Virus record (IMG/VR): IMGVR_UViG_3300001525_000075
Coordinates: 1-64,000 of that record
Origin: a virus
Taxonomy: Duplodnaviria > Caudoviricetes
Strand: one strand, 5' to 3'
Length of the DNA stretch: 64,000 nt
The notes below the pieces were generated by a model. It had not been told where the DNA came from. It saw only the letters and a list, made by a program, of their open reading frames with translations, and ran no database searches. Position numbers and translations under genes: made by a program. Shown here in pieces: positions 57,248-64,000 of this stretch. The number at the start of each line of letters is the position of its first letter. The stretch's first letter is position 1.

Positions 57248-60200
57248 TGGATAAAGCAGCACAAAATACATTTGCTAATGGATTAAGTTTAGATGCAAGT
57301 CCTTTTATTTCAGTAGATAGTACTTTATCCAATTGTTTAAATGGTACTATTCTTACTTATGAAGGTAATGATTAGATACTTTAGAATGAAAATGGTAACG
57401 GAAGAATAGGATTAAAAGATAGTGAAGGTAATATTCAATTTGCCGAATTATCCAAAGGATATGTACCTGTAGGAGTTAAAGAATTCAAAGGTATTATTTA
57501 TATAGCTTCTTTAAATCCTAAAACTGGAGAATGTGAAGTAGGTTCATTTCCTTCTCCTGATTATGATTCTTATGATGAAGTTACATACGAAGATAATGAT
57601 ACTGTTAACGAGTTACCCACTAATATAACATCTTTAGTTTACGATGAACAAGTTTTGTTTAAAGATGTTAATTTAATACAAGGATCAGTAGTAGAATATA
57701 CTCCTAATAACACAGGGTTTATTCAATTTGAAGATACTGATAATAGTATTACAGATGATAATATTAAACAACATCGAATGGTTAAATATTCTGTGATTTC
57801 TACTAATGTTTCTGACAATAGCCAAACTGACATTACGGAATATTTTAAACAAGAAGGAGATACTTATACTTGTGTTCACGATTTAGAAACATTAAAAGGT
57901 GTAAATGTTTATTATGGAATAAACGATGTATATTTAAATAATATTGCTTCTACTCAAGAAGATGGATATTTACAATTAGCAGAAGAAGCAATGTTTATAA
58001 AATATAATTGTCCCGATGGAAGTACAGATTTAGAAGTACCTGTAGAATGGGATTCTAGCTATATTGATGTAAACTATTTAAATAACATAGAATTTGTTAT
58101 GAAAGATGGCACAACTTTAACTAATGACAAATTCACTTGTGAATCTATTAGTTATAATAGTGATACTAATCTTTTTATACGCAAATATTCTATAGATTTT
58201 GGAGATTTCGATAGACAATCAACTTTTGATGTAGTAATTGAAGGTAAAAAAGGAAGAACCAAATTTTAGACTTTTAATAAAGAAATAGAATCTAGAAATT
58301 CTTTCTTTAATTATAACAATACAAGATGTATGTGGGGAAATTGGGATAGAAAATATATTCCCGGACCCGATTATCATCCTGTAAATAATAGTGAACAAAC
58401 TAAAAGATGGATATTTCAAAATAATGATTGGGAACAAGTTAGTTGTGCTTATACTGATTCTTGGGAAGGAACAATTGAAACTCGAAAATTATTTTGGCAT
58501 GTATCTCCACACATATGTAAATTAGCTGCATTTCCTATTAAAAATAATAGTACAGGAAAAGGCAAAATATTTGAAGCTCATAAAGTCGGGTGTTATGTAT
58601 TAAGTATGATAAAATCTCTTACAGATTAGAGATATTATAGAAGTTTCTTTGATGTAACCGAATTAACTGAAAACGGATACATAATTTTAATATACAGTAT
58701 TGTTGATACAGGAATAGAAATTTATGATCTCTAGTATTATTTCCCTAATGCTGATTATAATAACTTAGATTCTTACGGTAATTCATTTTATTATAATAAT
58801 TATATTCCTGCTTCTAATAGTAATGACGGTACTAATTCCGATTAGGATTCTTTAGGTAGAATTAAAGTTGGAAATGATTATATCTATAATACATATTATG
58901 CTGAAACTGAAAAATTATACGATTTCGGTAAACAAACTAAAAAAGCAAAAAGAGTTATAACAATTCCTATACAAGAATCAGAAGAAAATACTCTATATTT
59001 AGCTTTGTCTAATAATACAATATCAGATTCCGTTGATCTTGATTCTGATTTTGAAAATACAATAAAAACTGAATTGTATAACGATTCTGATGTAATAGCT
59101 ATAAGTCCTATAAGTAATAATTACATATCTGATATAACTAATAAAAACATATCTACAAAATTCACTTTTGGTAATTTGTATTACGGTTATCCTGAGAATG
59201 TTTCTCATGGAACAGGTAAATATAGTATTTATTTTAAAAAAATTGAAGATGAAGTAATAACTTCTGAAATTTCAACAGAAAATACAACTTTACCTATAAA
59301 AGGAAAAGTAACTATAAATTCAGAATCATGTACATTTAAAAATAAAAATAGTAATACTTTAAATTGCAATTCAGGAGAATATTCTTATAATAGAACTGTT
59401 CGAACTACAACTGATATAATTAGAAATTAGTTTGAATTACAAACTCCTGTAACTAAAGAGGTGACATTAAGTCATAATGGAACTAACTTTACTATAAATG
59501 GATTAAAATGCGACAACTTTATAGAATATTTAGAAGACTTTGGAAAACAAAATCCGTCAGGAGGTTTTCTTAATGTCAAGTTAGATAATTCTATAACTAA
59601 TAACAAAGGTGTTACTAATGTATATGATCAATTTTTTGTATATTATGATCAAGTAAGTGATCAAGTGAAAATCGTATACATAGAAAAATCTGAAGGTGAA
59701 GGTAATTATACTTTAAATGAAGAAAGATATTGGAAAAATTCATCTTTAGAAACTAGTACTTATAGTTCTTATTTACCTGATTTTGGTAATGTGAGTGATT
59801 TTGAAAAACTTACATTAGACATTGATTTATCTAATTCTGTAATTACTTATGATAATAATGATTATAACGAATTAATTAATTCTGTTATAACTAATGCTAA
59901 ATTTCCAAAATATGTTTCTAGCTTAATTACAGGAAATGACGAAAAAGCTTTATTTATAACTGATAACATTTCAGGATACACCTTCACTAAAGGTAAAAAT
60001 GTATGTGAAACGCAATCAATGTATGGCGATACTTCAGGACAGTCTAGAGCATACGAAATTTCTGAGAATAGAATCGATGTAATTCCTAGTGATTTTATGA
60101 AAAGAAAATTTGTTAAAATAGTTGGAGATAAGTGCGATAATTTAGACGTAGAAGGTAATTATAGAGTAGTATTAAAAGGAAAAAACGATAAAGATTATTC

Positions 60201-60324
60201 AGACGATATTACAACGTATTTTCATTATACTAAAGATGGTTATAAATTAGAATTTCAATGTGATTATTTAATAGTAGACGGATTAGGTGATTACGGAAAT
60301 ACTTCTAAATCTTATATAGTATGA
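57247..60324 (+). CDS. Tail stabilisation/muzzle-type protein, N-terminal module (1025 aa, code 15)
   Basis: NTFANGLSLD...LSNCLNG...IL(Q)NENGN...PVGVKEFKGIIYIAS...GSFPSPDY; joins four track ORFs in frame 1. Confidence 0.75.
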
Positions 60325-63300
60325 TTCTTAATTTTAAAGTCACAAAGAAAACTTATTAGGGATCTATGCTAGATAAGTATAGTCCTTTTAAAAATTATAT
60401 AAATTCAGACGGAAAATTAGATTTATTAAGAACTGATAAATTAAATTTTAGTTTGAATCATCCTGTAGATATATAGTGCCAAAGATCTTATGATAATTCT
60501 GTTAATTTGATATTAAATGACGGAAACAGTCAACCTAAATTAATTAATAGTAGATTTATAGCTTCTAATGGTTCTTATAAAGAAGCCGACAGAACAGGTT
60601 CTGCTGATTCTAATCTTTATAGAGATAGTGCTTTTTATTTAGATACTGCATTATTCAAAATATTTAAAAGTTATATTAAAGTAAATCTACAAGGTATTCA
60701 TAACGGTGGAAACCTTAAAGTGGGTAATTATACTTTTTATTTTAAATATGTAGATGATGATAATAATGAAACTAATATAGCAGGATGGTCTAAGCGTTGT
60801 CCAATATTTATTGGTGAAAATTCTAAAATAGATGGAGGATATTGTAATAAAAACTCTAACAAATATATTGAATTACAACTTACAAATTTAGATACAACCT
60901 ATTAGTATTTAAATGTTTATTATACTAGAGATTCTTCTGATTAGTTTGAATTAAATGCCACAACTTGTTTTAAAATTAATTAGAAATTTTCATTTTCAGA
61001 ATCAACTAAAAGATTAATTATTACAGGAAATGAAAATACAATTGACTATACAGTTGAAGCTTTAAATTTAAATAATTAGATATTAAATTCTGTCGAAACG
61101 CAAGCAGTATGTTCAAATACATTATTATTGGGAAATGTATAGCAACATTCAGTAGAATATGAAGACCTTAAAGATTTAAGTCTTAGAATTTATCCTACAT
61201 TTGAACCTATAACTAATAATACTAATTATTCAGATGTAAATAATATCTATAATTTTACAGGTTATTTTCCTGGAGAATTTTACTCTTTCGGTATAGTTTA
61301 TATTTACAATAATAATAAAGAATCTCCTGTGTTTCCCATAAGAGGTAATATTAGACAAGGTGTTTCTGTACCGACTATAGAAGATATTTATGATTCAGAA
61401 AGTAAACGTAATTATTTAGCAATAGATTCAGATAATTATAGAATACTTCCTGAGGGAATTGATAATTCTAAAGGTGTAAGTAGAGTACCTTCTGATTATA
61501 ATGTTCCATATTCTGTTATTATTAATTTTCCTGAAAATAAAAACTTTAAAGATATTTTATCTTAGCAGAATATATAGAGTTATTATATAGTACGTCAAAA
61601 GCGAATACCTACTGTATTAACTTAGATGTATGTATTACCTACTAATGAAAATATAGGATTACCTCTTGTTCCAAATAGCAAGACTGGTTATAAAGTTCCT
61701 GACTTTAAATATGTTTTAGATTCAGATGGGAATGAATAGAATTTAATAATAAAAGAAAAAGAAGATATTTCTAAAAACTACGCTTGTGGTATAAGCCCTG
61801 ACTTTACAGTAAGACAACCTTATTATAATAATATTATTACAGGTGATGATTTTAAAGTAAGAATTGTAGGTAATGGAAATATTGATTTTCCTGATGATGA
61901 GAATGATTACAAGAATAATTATAAACAATTTAGAATTAATACTTAGAATTTAGATTATAAAATATCTAGTCACTGGGTTAGAATTGATTCTTCTTTTACT
62001 ATAAACCCTTATAATACTACTGATGTTTAGACATTTGAAAATTTAAAAGTATATGTAAGGCATCACGGTTCAATAGATTCTAAAATTGATATAAAAGTTA
62101 ACGAATTAGTAAATGATTATATTATAAATTGTAGTTTAACTTTGTATCAAAAAGGTTATTATGTCTATAATCCGCACGGAGGAACTTATACTAAAACGTA
62201 TACAGAAATCTGTAATATTCCGAGTATTAATTTAGCGGGTATGATTATATTACCTGAGTATTCTAAATTACAAAAGGTAAATTCAGACAAAGAAGTTAAT
62301 TCTAATCTTTATACAATTCAATTACAAACTATAAAAGAAGATGTTCCTAATGTTAAATTAGGAGATCTAAAATTTCATTCTAAAGCAGGAAGTGCTGAAG
62401 ATTTAAAGAAATTTTTATATAATTTAGAGAATAAAGAGGAATTACTAAAACGATGGAATAGTTATCAATGTACAGATAATAATAAGGCTAGAAACATAAA
62501 TTCAACTGACCTTTAGAATTTATCAAATCGTCCTGCTGTAATTAGAGGTAGTTATTCGCCTTATATTGCAATTAAAGGAGATAATATTTCTGATTTAATA
62601 GGTAAAATTGTTCAAGTATATGTTCCCGGATATGATGAGAATAATATAGAAAATTTCTTAAAAATACGATATGCTGATACATCTTACTATAGTAATATTA
62701 GTGATGTAGAATCAATATCTGATTATTTAGGAAAATCTTTAATATGTCATCAAGGTGATTGTTATGACTGTTCTTTTACTCAAAGAATTTATAAAAATTT
62801 CCAAGATCCTGTTGCTCCTAATAACGACAGTTTGGTAAAACAAATAGGTTATTGCGCAGTTCATAATGAAGGTAATGATGGTGCAAATATGGATAATCCT
62901 ATTGAAGGTAAAGACGCCAAAATGGTATTAACAGGATTTGATAATATTAATAGAGGTGATATTAATGCTATTAAACTTGGTACTTGGATGACAATTCCTG
63001 TACTTAGTGTTAATAATTTAAACATACGTTCTGTTGATGATACTTACGCTAGTGAATGGGCTTTAACAGGTAATACTAGAGCTTTCTATCCTTATAGAGA
63101 TATAGATTTATCAGGAAATAATAAAATTCCTGAATCACAATTTATAAATGAAGGTTTTAGTCAATCATTAGGATATTTAAAGAAATTTGCATATCAAAGT
63201 GTTCCTGCTATTAAAAATGATTTTAGAAATAGAATATATTATTCTAATATAGCAGTACAAGATTCTTATTAGAATGGGTTTAGAGTATTTTCTGAAACTG

Positions 63301-63998
63301 CTTTTAGAGATTATAAAATAGAATACGGAACAATTACTAAATTATTAGAATATAATGGTGCTTTAGTAATAGTATTTGAACATGCTATTGGAATTGTAAA
63401 TATAGGTTCTCCTAAAGATACTGAACAAGACTATTTAAATACTGCAAATAGATTACCTGAAGACATTACGGTAATCTCTGATTCATACGGAAGTTCCTTT
63501 AAAGATAGTATTATTAAAACTCCTTCAGGCATTTATGGAGTAGACACTACAACTAAAAAGATTTGGAGATATAATGGAGAATTCAGATTAATCTCAGAAC
63601 AATTAGTTGATTCATTCTTATTAAAAAATATTAAAGATGATATAGATGTTACTATAAGTGTTAGTAATTGTAAAACAATTTATAATGCTCAAAAACATAA
63701 AATAATGTTTACATTCTATACTCCTAAAAATAGTATAGATGAAATAGCTTGGAATCTGTGTTGGGATGAAATGATTTAGAAATGGCAAACTTTTTATTCT
63801 TGGATTCCATTGCACGGAGTAAATGTCTATAATAATTTTATATCTTTCGATAGAGAATTAAATAAAAATAATATTAAATATGTTACTTCAGATTCTCTAA
63901 CTGACGATAATTTAATTTAGGATACAACGTTCTATGCTTTAAGCATTTTTGAAGGTTATAATGATGGAGAAATTAAATTAATAGATACAACATTTGGA
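60321..63998 (+). CDS. Tail stabilisation/muzzle-type protein, 3'-partial (code 15)
   Basis: Frame 3 joins track ORFs 60507, 61329, 62142 and 62832. Motifs GYFPGEFYSFGIVY, YGTITKL and MFTFY...WNLCWDE...WQTFYSW; runs off the window edge. Confidence 0.8.
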
Positions 63999-64000
63999 AC

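Noticed and set aside
4457-60324. TGA recoding
   Set aside because: TGA ends genes cleanly at overlaps with the next start (e.g. 6183, 11521, 15854, 35371, 55492, 60322), so it is a true stop.
786-63815. Minus-strand track ORFs (e.g. 786..974, 1774..2211, 3367..3618, 6468..6689, 8307..8576, 10512..10826, 36768..37091, 54104..54613, 63621..63815)
   Set aside because: They are antisense shadows of well-supported plus-strand genes, rich in Ile/Phe/Leu and without motifs.
1-64000. Suppressor tRNA-CUA or other tRNA genes
   Set aside because: No cloverleaf with T-loop and CTA anticodon was found by eye and the intergenic gaps are short. One probably lies outside the window; tRNAscan-SE or Aragorn would settle it.

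Overview
A 64 kb, strongly AT-rich segment of a crAss-like phage (Crassvirales; Bacteroidota host inferred) covering the lysis, packaging, tail-fibre, capsid and tail modules. The supplied ORF track is badly fragmented because this phage reads TAG as glutamine (code 15). Same-frame fragments join through TAG codons into full terminase (9217-11523), portal (11815-14019), 1451-aa and 2421-aa tail proteins and a reverse transcriptase, and the joined genes end in TAA or TGA. Highlights: (1) the major capsid gene (43546-51589) is split into 8 exons by seven group I introns. All carry a homing-endonuclease ORF or remnant in the P8 loop, and the exons splice to an exact 473-aa capsid protein whose last exon begins with a TAG codon. 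(2) A diversity-generating retroelement (target 35370-37355, VR 37227-37339, TR 37487-37599, RT 37805-39064) has an unusually adenine-poor template that differs from the VR at 6 non-A positions and contains an in-frame TAG, and its RT needs TAG read-through. (3) A GH73 lysin plus holin-like gene missed by the ORF track is loaded with amber codons. (4) Adjacent giant proteins carry metallophosphoesterase and CotH-kinase-like domains. (5) A GT2 glycosyltransferase sits among three C-type-lectin-fold receptor-binding genes, one of which carries a GC-rich fossil variable region. (6) Two genes appear to start at ATC in an identical 13-nt context. No tRNA or CRISPR array was seen. Family assignments come from motif recognition only; no database searches were run.
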